DNA of 64,000 bases from Anaeramoeba ignava BMAN (taxonomy: Eukaryota; Protista; Anaeramoebae). The DNA is taken from positions 285,659-349,658 of the forward strand of contig JAPDFW010000083.1 of assembly GCA_028826165.1 (NCBI GenBank), in the 5' to 3' direction. Below the pieces are notes generated by a model. The model did no database searches and was not told the origin of the DNA. It was given only the letters and a program-made list of their open reading frames with translations. Made by a program: the position numbers and the translations under genes. Of the stretch, positions 1-12,605 are shown piece by piece (the first letter of the stretch is position 1; the number at the start of each line of letters is the position of its first letter).

Positions 1-1454
1 GGGCGTTTGATTTTTGCCAGTTCATCAAGTTTCTTGAATTTTTCATCAATGATTTTGTCATTTTTTTGGATTTCGGTTGAGTTTTCGTATTTTTCTCTGA
101 CAAGCTCTTCAGAAAGTTTTCTTAGATTTGCCACTCCAGTATTAATAACGGTTTCATTTTCCTTTTCGAAACGGTCGAGAAGTCTGAGATGGAGATTAGC
201 AGCTGAAACGGAGGATATTTCCTCTCTGAATTCAAGATACTTTTGCTTATCTGCAGAATACTCGATGAGTTTGTCAAAACGGGATCTGTGCTGAATAGCA
301 AGATTTGCGAGCTTGAGTTGGCGATTCAATTCCGCATGAAGAGCGACTTTTCGTTCCTGTTCGCACTCCTCCAAATGCAGCATGTCCTTCTCGATATCCC
401 GCAAAGAGCATCCGATTTCGGGTTTGAATTCGGGCCGTTTGTGATGCGCAAGTCGCATTGCCAGGTTGTTGAAATTGGACTCAAGATCCAGTTGGTTCGC
501 AATCAATGTGTTTTTATCATTTGCTTTGTATTCGTAAAACTGTTCCAAACGATGCTTAGCACCCGCCATTGTGTTATCGATTGTTCTGTCTTCGAGGATT
601 TTCTCAACTTTCTTAACGGTTTCTTTGAAGTTTTTTGCTGTCTTATTGTATTCAGCCTTGAGCCTGTCGTTTTCCTTTGTCATCACAATTAATTTCTTAA
701 TTCTTCTAGCTGCCAAATCAAGTTTTCTTTGTTCCGCAATTCCGTAGTAATATTCACTGACATAAACAACCATTGAGTTCTCATCAAGTTTTCTAATCTC
801 ATCAGGCGTGATGTATTTTTCCAGGCCAAAGTACTTCTCGGCTGCGTCTTGAGCAATCTGTAGGGTTTTGATAGGATCACCCGAATTCAAACTGTCGAAA
901 TCAATTAATTTTGGACGATGTTTGTGGATAATTGCGCACAAAGCTAATCCGTCCGCAAAACTCTTCTTGAAGTCAGTGATTTCGACTCCCTTGTAATTGT
1001 GGGTCTTGTTTTTGCACCACATCAATAACGCATCTTTTGCATTCAATGAATCACCTCCACTTTCATCATCGATTTTCATAAATTTCATCATGATTCCCCA
1101 AGTCAAAGCTAATGCTGCCTTTTGATCGCCTTTTTCTAATTGTTCTGCTGATGGTTTCACTTTCATATCAACTCCTTTACTCCATGCAAATTTCAATGCG
1201 TTGTTTAAATTGTCAATTCGATGGACTGACATTTTTGGTCTTTGATTGTATTTTCCTTCAAATTTCGATTCGCTTAAAACTTCAATTAAACTCAATAAAA
1301 CAATCCCATCTTTGTAATCATCTACTATATCATTTACTTGGATTTCTGGTCTTGTTCTTAATAATTTTTGTTTAACCCATCTTGAGAAAATTTTTCTTTG
1401 TAATCTAACCCATTCTTGACTTTTTGGTCCAGTAGTTCTTCCAGTTCTTGACAT
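1..1454 (-). CDS. Alpha-actinin-like actin cross-linker (2 CH domains + spectrin repeats), 3' end beyond window
   Basis: Manual translation from ATG 1454: MSRTG..[35 protein letters not shown] (CH1), then [49 protein letters not shown] (CH2), then helical spectrin-like repeats. The stretches read are in frame to base 1. Absent from the ORF track because there is no stop in the window. Confidence 0.9.
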   Translation of the reverse strand, partial: [484 protein letters not shown]

Positions 1455-1677
1455 TATTAAATTAAATTAAAATTTAAAATTAAATTTTTAAATTGGAAAA
1501 AAATGAAAAAAATTTATTTTAAAAAAAAAAAAAGCAAAAATTTTTGCCTTCTTTTTAAATTTTATTTACAAAATAATTAGTAAAATTAAAATAAAAATTA
1601 ATCAGTTTTTTTTAAATTACATTTTCTTTTTATTATTTTTTCTTTTCTTTTTTTTAAAAAAAATAAAATAATTCTTT

Positions 1678-2950
1678 TCAATTATTTTCTTTTGTTTTTT
1701 TATGTAAATTTGTTTTCTTTTTATTATTCTGTTTTAATTCTTCATTTTCTTGATTTTGAAAAACATGAATTGGTGAAAAACTACTTGTAAAAACTGGTGA
1801 ATGTAAAGGAACATGATTTGTGACATTATTAACTAAAGTGTTTGAAAATTGATTTTGAGTTATTGGAACAACTTTATCAAAAGATGGATTGCAATATGAA
1901 AGCATTTGTCTACATTTTTTTAATTCTTCTTCTTGTGTTTTTCTTAATTCTCTTTCATTTTTTAATTCTGTGATTAAATGTTTAATTAAATCTATTAATT
2001 CTGAAAGTTGTGTTTTCATTTTTTCGTTTTCTTCTAATGATTTTTTGATTTTTTCTCTTCTATTTCTTTGGTTAATACGATTTCTTTTTCGTTTTTCTTC
2101 TTGTTCGTCACTTTTTTTTATAAATGAATTTTATAAATGAATTTTAATTTTATTTTTAATTTTAGTTTTATAAATGAATTTTAATTATTTTTAATTTTAA
2201 TTTTATAAATGAATTTTATTTTATAAATGAATTTTATTTTTATAAATGAATTTTATTTTTATAAATGAATTTTATTTTTATAAATGAATTTAATTTTATA
2301 AATGAATTTTAATTTTATAAATGAATTTTAATTTTATAAATGAATTTTAATTTTATAAATGAATTTTAATTTTATAAATGAATTTTAATTTTATAAATGA
2401 ATTTAAATTTTATAAATGAATTTATTTTTATAAATGAATTTTAATTTTTATAAATGAATTTAATTTTATAAATGAATTTAAATTTTGTTTACTTGATAAT
2501 TTCTTTTTTTCGAATCTTTCGATTTATTTTCTCTTTATTTGAATTTATTTTTTCATTATTTGATATTATTGGATGAATTGTTGGTGTTGTTGGTAAATGA
2601 AGAATTTTTTGTTGAATAAATAAATTTCATTTTGAAGTTAAGAAAATGAAGAATTTGGTAAAGAAGATCTGAATATTAAACAAAATATTCAAAAAAAAAT
2701 TAAAAATTAAAATTAAAAATTAAAATTTAAAAATTTTCTAATTAAACAAACATGAAAAAAGTTTCTATATTCATTTGATTTTATAAAAAATATAAAAAAG
2801 ATAAAATAAAAATAAGTTTTTCTTTTTTTTTTTTTTTTAAATTTTTAAATTTATTTTACGTTGAGTTGAATCAAAATGTGGTTTAAATTCTTGATCTGTT
2901 GGTGAATTTGGAAATGAAAAAGAGAAATCATTATCATCAAGAGGAATCAT
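1678..2950 (-). CDS. Putative bZIP-like transcription factor, 3 exons
   Basis: Exons about 2950-2860, 2668-2493 and 2110-1678 with GT-AG ends. Spliced product contains EEKRKRNRINQRNRREKIKKSLEENEKMKTQLSELIDLIKHL (basic region + zipper). Exon 2 needs an indel correction. Confidence 0.55.
2125..2485. repeat. Intronic ~18-19 bp satellite (TTTTATAAATGAATTTTAA)n
   Basis: Tandem unit visible directly; lies inside intron 2 of the bZIP-like gene. Confidence 0.9.
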
Positions 2951-3149
2951 TTATGAGTAATTTATATTTTTAAACTTAAAAAAAAAAGAAAAAAAAAATG
3001 AAAAAAAAAATGAAAAAAAAAATAAATTAAAATTAAATTTTTTTATTTATTTTTTTTTATTTAAAGTTGTTATTATTAAAAAAATAAGAAAATCTTTTAA
3101 AAAAGAGTTAATTGTCATAAATTATTAATAAATGAGTAATTAAAAAAAA

Positions 3150-4310
3150 AAAGCAAAAAATAAATTCTTCTTTATTCTTTATTCTTTTAATTTATCTAAT
3201 TATTTTATTTATTCAAATCTAATTAAAAATTGAAATAAAATATAATTAAATTTATTCCTTTTTTAAATTTTTAAATTTATTTTAAATAATTAATTATAAT
3301 TAAAAATAAATTCAAAATTAAATTATTTTTAAATTTTCTAATTATTTTATTTATTCAAATTTAATTAAAAATTGAAATAAAATATAATTAAATTTATTCC
3401 ACTTTTTTCCAAAACACCAAAAAATTTATTTTAATAATTAATTATAATTAAAAATAAATTAAAATTAAATTTTTATTTATAATTTATTCTAATTATTTTA
3501 TTTATTCAAATCAAATTAAAAATTGAAATAAAATTTAATTAAATTTATTCTACTTTTTTTTAATTTCGGCAAATCCAAATTTATTTAAATAATTAATTAT
3601 AATTAAAAATAAATTCTTCTTTATTCTTTATTATTTATAATTTTTCTAATTATTTTATTTATTCAAATTAAATTAAAAATTGAAATAAAATTTAATTAAA
3701 TTTATTCCACTTTTTTTTTTTAATTTCAAAAAACAAATCCAAATTTATTTAAATAATTAATTATAATTAAAAATAAATTCTTCTTTATTCTTTATTATTT
3801 ATAAGTTATTCTAATTATTTTATTTATTCAAATCAAATTAAAAATTGAAATAAAATATAATTAAATTTATTCCACTTTTTTTTTAATTTCAAAACACAAA
3901 TCCAAATTTATTTTAATAATTAATTATAATTAAAAATAAATTCTTCTTTATTCTTTATTCTTTATAAGTTATTCTAATTATTTTATTTATTTAAATTAAA
4001 TTAAAAATTGAAATAAAATATAATTAAATTTATTCCACTTTTTTTTTAATTTCAAAACACAAATCCAAATTTATTTTAATAATTAATTATAATTAAAAAT
4101 TAAATTTAAAATTAAATTCAAAATTAAATTATTTTAAATTTTTCTAATTATTTTATTTATTCAAATTTAATTAAAAATTGAAATAAAATATAATTAAATT
4201 TATTCCACTTTTTTTTTAATTTCAAAACACAAATCCAAATTTATTTTAATAATTAATTATAATTAAAATTAAATTTAAAATTAAATTATTTTAAATTTTT
4301 TTAATTATTT
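3150..4310. repeat. Intergenic tandem repeat, ~140-170 bp unit, about 7 copies
   Basis: Core AATTATTTTATTTATTCAAAT..AATTAAAAATTGAAATAAAAT.TAATTAAATTTATT recurs at about 3198, 3340, 3491, 3648, 3813, 3976 and 4146. Confidence 0.85.
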
Positions 4311-4439
4311 TTTATTCTTCTTTTTGAATTTGAATTGAAAATCCAAAAAGAAAAATTAAAAGAAAAAATCAAAAAGATTTTCTTTTTGATTTTTGAATGA
4401 TTTTTATTCTTTTCTTTTTTGAAATGAATTGAAAAAGAA

Positions 4440-7400
4440 TTAGATATCATCTGAAAGTTCAATTTCTTGATTTTGATTTTGATTTTGATTTTGATTTCTT
4501 TTTTTGGATTTGCTTTTGATCCACATTATAATTATAATGATAATAGCAACTCCAACAATAGGAACAATTACTGCTGGAATAATTACTTTTGTATTAGATG
4601 AACTTTCAGTTGCTTCTTGTGTTGGTGCTGCAATAGTTGTAATTGAAGTTGTTAAATTTGCTCCTGAATATTCATTCGATTCACATTTCCAATCACCAGA
4701 TGCAAATATTGTAATTTCATAATTTTCTCCTCCAATTAAATTGAAAATTGAAATTTGATTCATTAATTTGGAAACACAAATTGATCCTGAACCATAAGAT
4801 AATGAATATCCACTTAATCCTTTTGATAATTCTAATGGATTCCATTCACATTCAAATCCACAAATTATTGGATTACAATTAAATCCAGTTATATTTCCTA
4901 ATTTAGGTTTAATTGAAATTGTTTCACTTGGATATCCTAAATTTTGAGTTTCACAAATTAAATCAATACATCCTTCAACAGAAACTTGATATTCAAAATT
5001 TCCATCTAATTCATTAATTGTTCCAATCATTTCATTTCCATTTGGAATTAATGTTGTGAAATTTATCCAAGTCATTCTTCCATCAATAGAAACTAAATAA
5101 GATTTTGCTTCAGATAATTTTGAAAAAATAATTTCAATTTCTTCAACTTTGGAATTTGATTGAATAATTGAAGGAGCAGATAATTTATTAGTTTCAATTT
5201 CAATTATTGAAGATAATCCTGAATAATCATTTGGATCACAATTTGTATCAGCAGATGCAAATATTGTAATTTCATATTTTTTACCTCCAATTAAATTTGA
5301 AATTGAATAATTAGTTGATGATTTATCTAAACAAATTGATTCTGAACCATAAGATAATGAATATCCATTTAATCCTGTTGATAATTCTAATGAATTCCAT
5401 TCACATTCAAATCCACAAATTATTGGATTACAATTAAATCCAGTTATATTTCCTAATTTAGGTTTAATTAAAATTGATTCACTTGGATATCCTAAATATT
5501 CAAATGTACAACTTGAATCACTACATCCTCTAATTGAAACTTCATATTCAACATTTCCAGATAATTGATTAATTGTTCCAGTCACTTCATTTCCACTTGA
5601 AATTAATGATGAAAAACTTATCCAATTTTGTTGATTATCAATAGAAACTAAATAAGATTTTGCTTCAGATAATTTTGAAAAAATCATTTCAATTTCCTCA
5701 ACTTTGGAATTTGATTGAATAATTGAAGGAGCAGATAATTTATCAGTTTCAATTTCAATTATTGAAGATAATCCTGAATAATCATTTGGATCACAATTTG
5801 GATCAGCAGATGCAAATATTGTAATTTCATAATTTTCTCCTCCAATTAAATTTGAAATTGAATAATTAGTTGATGATTTATCTAAACAAATTGATTCTGA
5901 ACCATAAGATAATGAATATCCATTTAATCCTGTTGATAATTCTAATGAATTCCATTCACATTCAAATCCACAAATTATTGGATTACAATTAAATCCAGTT
6001 ATATTTCCTAATTTGGGTTTAATTGAAATTGATTCACTTGGATATCCTAAATTTTGAGTTTGGCAAATTAAATCAGTACATCCTCTAACTGAAACTTCAT
6101 ATTCAACATTTCCATCTAATTCATTAATTGTTCCAATCATTTCACTTTCATTTGAAATTAATGATGAAAAACTTATCCAATTTTGTTGATTATCAATAGA
6201 AACTAAATAAGATTTTGCTGCAGATAATTTTGAAAAAATCATTTCAATTTCTTCAACTTTGGAATTTGATTGAATAATTGAAGGAGCAGATAATTTTTCA
6301 GTTGTAATTTCAAATGTAACATTTAAACCTGAATAATCATTTGGTTTACAATTTGGATCAGCAGATGCAAATATTGTAATTTCATAATTTTCTCCTCCAG
6401 TTAAATTTGAAATTGAAAAATTAGTTGATGATTTATCTAAACAAATTGATTGAGTTTGATCAATAGATTTTAATTGTTGATTAGTTAATAAAAGATTGAT
6501 TATAATAGCAAATGCCTGTATTCCTGGTGAATCTATTGAATCCCAACTACATTCAAATCCACAACTTTTTGCTGAAACATTTAATCCAGTTATATTTGAT
6601 AATTGAGCTTTAATTGGAATTGATTCACTTGAATATCCTAAATATTCAAATGTACAACTTGAATCACTACATCCTCTAATTGAAACTTCATATTCAACAT
6701 TTCCAGATATATTATTAATTAATCCAGTTATTTCTTCTCCATTTGGAATTAATGATGAGAAATTAATCCAAGTTTGTTGATTATCAATAGAAACTAAATA
6801 AGATTTTGCTTGAATTAAATTTGTGAAAATCAATTCAATTTCATCAGGTTTTGAATTTGATTGAATAATTGAAGGAGAAGGTATTTTTTGAGTTGTAATT
6901 GAAGTTGATGAATTTAAACCTGAATAATTACTTGATTTACAATTTGGATCAGCAGAAGCAGATACAAAATATCATAATTTGCACCTCCAAGTAATTCTGT
7001 AAGTGATAAAGTTGTTGATGATTTATTCAAACAAGTTAAATTTTGATTAAACCAAAATGAAATTGCTTGTAATCCTTCTGATAATTCTAATGAATTCCAT
7101 TCACAATCAAATCCACAAATTGATGAATTACAATTTAATCCAGTTATATTTCCTAATTGAGCTTTAATTGAAATTGTTTGACTTGAATCACCTAAATATT
7201 GAGGTTGACAACTTGAATCAGTACATCCTCTAACTGCAACTCCATATTCAACATTTCCATCTAATTGATTAATTGTTCCAATCATTTCATTTCCATTTGG
7301 AATTAATGATGAAAAATTTATCCAAGATAAATGATCATCTATTGTAACTAAATAAGCTTTTGCTTGAGAAACTTGAGAAAAAGTAATTTGAATTAATTCA

Positions 7401-9392
7401 ATTCCAGAATATGAACTTATAATATTTGGATGAGGAATATCTGCAATTCTAATTTGAAAAGAAGAAATAACACCACAACCACCATTTGAAGCACAAGCTG
7501 AAACATTAATTTGATAATATTGATTTGGAAGATTAACTGAAAAATTGAAAGATAAATCAGAAACATTAAAATGATTGAAAATCAAGAAGTGAACCTGATT
7601 GAGAAGTAAGATTATAATAAGAAGGAGCAATAGAACTATCAGGAGGAAGCCAAGAACAATGAACATCTAAAACATCTGAAACTAAACATTGAAGATCAAA
7701 AACTGGACCAAATCCAACTTGAACTTTTCCATAAGCTAACTCTCCTTCATCATCTCCGATACATTCATATGTTCTACAAGGTACCACATAGATAGTGTAA
7801 ATTTCTCCACAAGTTAAATCAGAAAGACCCACAGAATAAGCTGATTCAGGCACATCTATGCATCCGTCAACAGACTTATCTATTCCCCAACAAAAAATGT
7901 AATGATCAAGATTAGGAATACCTGCAATAATTTGAACATCAGGAGGATCCCAAAAAGTATTAATTCTATCAGAAAGTCCAGTTAATGTCAAATTTTTCAC
8001 AGCATCAATCATTGTTTTTAAAGTAGTTGTTGTTGTTGGATTTCCACATTGTCCTGTTGTTACATTACAAGCTTTGATTTGAATTGAATATTCTTCATTC
8101 CCATAAATTTGGTAATAATCTTGAGAAGTAAATTCTTCATAAAACACATTTACTGATGAATCAAAACTAGGATTTGGAATGATTGTCCAACCATATCCAT
8201 AATCAATTTGGAATTGAAGAGTAACATCATTTTCAGGTTGAGTCCAATAACATTCAAATTTGGAATACAAAGAAGTACAATTTACCAAATCAATTCCAGG
8301 ACCAGTTAAAATAGATTGTTCCAAGATGTAAACGCCACGAGGTGAAAAAGATTTGATTACAATAGACCAGTTTCCTGACATAGCAACTGTAGAACCAAAA
8401 CTATAAGCGAAAGAAGAAGGCTTCATCACAGGTTGTTCAACCCAATTACCTGATTGATAAATGTAAACATAGACACTCGAAGCACCCGAGTTACCAACAA
8501 GAACTTCATTTCCATCTTCGCTGATAGAGACAGTCATCCCAAATGTCGTACTGATTGTATCAGAAAGTGACTTATCTAGATCATAAGTTGATCCATTTTT
8601 TCTGTAGATGAAAGCTGCATTAGAGTAGTATGTTCCAACAACAAAAACACTTCCATCATCACAAATTGAAAGAGCATAACTAAATCCTTTCGGTCCTGTT
8701 AGATTTTGTATTTTATTCCATTGTCCGCTATCATATGAATAAACAAAAGTAGTATTGTCATATCCATCTCCAACAAGAAGAATTTCTCCATTTTCTGAAA
8801 TTGCAAGAGGAAAGCCATAGGACACAAAAGACATTGTTTTTGTTAGAACTTTTGTTGAACTCCAAGTTCCAGATGCATATTCGAAAATCTCAACTTGATT
8901 CTTCATACTTCCAACAGCAATTCTGTTTCCATCTCCTGATAAAGCAACACCTATCCCAAAATAAGAATATGCATCCCCTGCTAATACATCCCTCTGAACA
9001 TATTCACTACCTGACCAACTGTAAATGAAAACCTCGCTCGTGCTATGTGAACTAATTGCCAAAACACTTGAATCTGCTGAAAAGTCGACATTGAGTCCGA
9101 ATCGTGAATTTGATGCTCCAGTGATATTTTGTATATATTGCCAATTTGTTCCATCATATTTGAAAATATACACTATCAAACCGTAATCATCTCCTACTGC
9201 AGCTGTATCTTGATTTATTGCCAATCCATCTCCATATCCAGAAGCAGTAGAACTTGGAAATTGATTGAATACCTCTTTCCAAACATAAGTTTCGGCACCT
9301 GATGATTCAAATTTGATTTTGGAACTTTGAATTAATTGAATCAAAAAGAAAAGGAAAATCAAAAGCAAAATAATTGTTCTTTTAATCAACAT
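4440..9392 (-). CDS. Large type I surface protein: signal peptide, FG-GAP-like beta-propeller, tandem Cys-containing FnIII-like repeats, TM helix, short tail
   Basis: ORFs 7566-9500, 6914-7666 and 4440-6833 join through apparent frameshifts near 7570 and 6960. Signal MLIKRTIILLLIFLFF from ATG 9392. Repeats FGxxVALSxDGxxLAVG. 555-bp near-identical repeats at 5161, 5716 and 6271. TM VIIPAVIVPIVGVAIIIIIIMW. Confidence 0.8.
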
Positions 9393-9456
9393 CTTTTTTT
9401 TATTATTGGAACTTCTACAAAAAAAACAAATTAAAACAATTAAAATAAAATAAATT

Positions 9457-9488
<32 letters not shown>

Positions 9489-10149
9489 ACTTATTAACAA
9501 ACCTTTTTGTTTTTGTTTTACTTTTAAATCAAAAGAAAATCAATTTAGAATTGAATTTTCAAAATGAAAAAAATGTGTTTTATTTAAATTGAGTTTTTTT
9601 TTTAAAAAGATGATCAAATTAAAAAAAAAAATTTTTTTTTTTCAAAACGTGAGTTTTTTTTATTAAATTTTAATTTCATCAAAGTTATTTAATCCCCTCA
9701 AATCAATAAAAAATCATTTTCCAACTCAATAAATTTAAAAATAAAATTTAAACAAGAAAAGAAAAGAAAAAAAAAATTTTATTTTCTTTTCTTTTCTTCT
9801 TTTATTTTAATTTAATTTAATTTAATTTAATTTAATTTATTTTATGATCAAAATTTAATTGAAAAACAAATAAATAAATAAAACAAACAAACAAACAAAC
9901 AAAGAAAGAAAGAACAATTTTTTAAAACTAGAAATATTATTTTCTTTTTTATTTTAGGGGTAAAAAAATAAAAGAAATTCTTTAATTTATTTAAAAAAAA
10001 GATTTATAAATAAATAAATAAAGAAGATCAAAAAAAAACTTTTCTTTTATTAAATTGAAATTCCAAAAAAAAACAATGAAAAGAATTTATTCAATTTATT
10101 TTAATAATTAAAATAAAAATTAAACAAGAAACCATTAAACAATTTAAAT

Positions 10150-10606
10150 TCAATTAAAATTCAAATGAAAAAATTGAAGAAACAATGAAAAGAATTTATT
10201 TAAATGAAAATGAAAATGAAAAAGATTTTATTATTGAAAGAAAAGAAAAGAAATATAAATTTCCTAAATTAATATTAATAATGTGAAGTGAATTATATCG
10301 AGGAATGTTTTTATCTGTAACAAATGATAAATCTAATAAAGTTACAGATTATAGTGAATTAAGTAATAAATCATTTCAAATATTTGAATATTGGATTTAT
10401 TCAAATCAAATTAAGATGATATTGAAATTACACAAGAAATAATTAATGAAATTCAAATTGGAATTGATTATTTTCAATTAAATCAAACAAATCCAAAATT
10501 ATTTGATTTATTAATTAATAAATTTAATAATCAAAATCAAAATAACCAAAATCAAAATCAAAATCAAAAAACGAAGAAAAAGAAAAATAAATGTTTAATT
10601 TTTTAA
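10150..10606 (+). pseudogene. Truncated duplicate of the 3' end (BTB + CaaX) of the RCC1-BTB gene
   Basis: Near-identical to 12060-12491. ATG AGA has become ATG TGA at about 10284, no RCC1 part is present upstream, and it ends KKKKNKCLIF*. Confidence 0.75.
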
Positions 10607-10661
10607 TCAAAATTAAAATTCAAATCCAAAATATTTTTTTCATTTTTTTTCTTTTTCAAAA

Positions 10662-12491
10662 ATGAATGAAATTATATTTTTTGGTTCAAATCAATATCCA
10701 AAACTTATAAAAAATGAACAAAATGAAATAACAAAACCAATTCAATTTAAATTTGAAAATGAAAATGAAAATGAAAATGAAAAACAAATTAAACAAATTT
10801 CATCAAGTCAATTTTCAACAATTTTCCTTTTTGAAAATGGAAAAGCAATAGAATATTTAAATGAAAATGATTCAAAATCAAATCCTCAAAAAATCCAAAT
10901 TGAAGAAAATATTCAAAAAGTAACTGTTGGTTTTTATAATGAAGCTATTTTAACAATAGAAGGAAATGTATTTGCAAAAGGATATAATATTAATCCAAAT
11001 AATCCAAAAGAATTTATCAATATTTCATCATTAATTGAAGATACAAATGATAGAATAATTGAAGATGTTGTTTCCGGAAATCAATCAATTTACTTATTAA
11101 CTTCAAATCAAAATGCTTATGGAATTGGTTCAAATGAATATGGTCAACTTGGTTTTGATTCTGAAACACTTAATGAAACACAAAAACCAATTTTAATGAT
11201 GAAAAATGTTTCTAAAATATTTTCAGGAAATTCTTCAAGATTTGTTTTTCTTTTAAATTCAAATCAAGAATTATTTGGATGTGGCGATAATAGTTCTAGT
11301 CAACTTGGATTAGGAGAATCAAGAAAAGAAGAAGAAAAAAATAAATTAACCAAAATCCAAAATATTCCAAAAGGCAAAATAATTGATATTCAATGTGGAT
11401 ATGCTTTTTCAATAATGTTGATTGAAAATAAAAATGAAAATGAAAATCCAAAAAGAAAACTTTATTCATGTGGAGATTGGATATATAATGGACTTGGAAA
11501 AGAATATGAGAATACTTATGAATTTACTGAAATCAAATCATCTTTATTTGAAAATGATGATAATATTATTGATTTTTCTGTTGGAAGTATTCATACTTTG
11601 ATTTTAAAATCAAAAGGGAAACTGATTGGATTTGGACTTAATGAATATGGTCAATTAGGAACTGGAGATACAAAAGATCAATTAATTCCAATTCAAATTA
11701 AACTTCCTAAATTAAGATTTAATGAAAATATTTCTAATTATCATATTTCTTGTGGTGCTTATAATTCATTTCTTTATTATTCTCCTCTTTATTTTTCCAA
11801 TCTTGAAGAAGATTTGATAAAATTATTTAAAAGAAAAGAATTTTGTGATATTTCATTTAAAACAAAAAATGGTTCAATAATTGAAGCTCATAAATTAATA
11901 TTGAAATATAGATTAAATCAAATTGAAAATGAAATTGAAAAACTTCAAGAAATTATTTCAAAAATCAATTAAAGAATCAAATCAAATATTTGAAATGATT
12001 TATTCAAACAATTCCAAAATAAATCCAGAATTATATTATGAAATTAAAGAAATTATAAATCCAAATGAAAAAATTGAAGAAACAATTAAAAGAATTTATT
12101 TAAATGAAAATGAAAATGAAAATGAAAAAGATTTTATTATTGAAAGAAAAGAAAAACAATATAAATTTCCTAAATTAATATTAATAATGAGAAGTGAATT
12201 ATATCGAGGAATGTTTTTATCTGTAAAAATGATACATCCAATAAAGTTACAGATTATAGTGAATTAAGTAATAAATCATTTCAAATATTTGAATATTGGA
12301 TTTATTCAAATCAAATTAAAGAAGAAATTGAAATTACACAAGAAATAATTAATGAAATTCAAATTGGAATTGATTATTTTCAATTAAATCAAACAAATCC
12401 AAATTTATTTGATTTATTAATTAACAAATTTAATAATCAAATTCAAAATCAAAAAACGAAGAAAAAGAAAAATAAATGTTTAATTTTTTAA
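10662..12491 (+). CDS. RCC1-repeat + tandem BTB/POZ protein with polybasic CaaX tail
   Basis: GSNEYGQLG, GDNSSSQLG and GLNEYGQLG RCC1 blades; FCDISF..IEAHKLIL and FPKLILIMRSELYRGMF BTB motifs; ends TKKKKNKCLIF*. Two apparent indels near 11965 and 12228. Confidence 0.8.
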
Positions 12492-12605
12492 TCAAAATTA
12501 AAATAATTTGTTTTGTTCCGTTTTTATTCTTATTTGAATTAGAATTTGAATTTGAAAAAAAGGAAAAAAGAAAATTTGGAAATTTGGAAATTGGGAATTG
12601 AATTC

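Noticed and set aside
7-1375. Plus-strand ORFs 7-294, 243-692 and 1112-1375
   Set aside because: Antisense shadows of the alpha-actinin CDS.
3150-4310. Possible CRISPR-like repeat/spacer array
   Set aside because: The linkers are themselves related AT-rich sequence, the units are too long, there are no cas genes and the context is eukaryotic.
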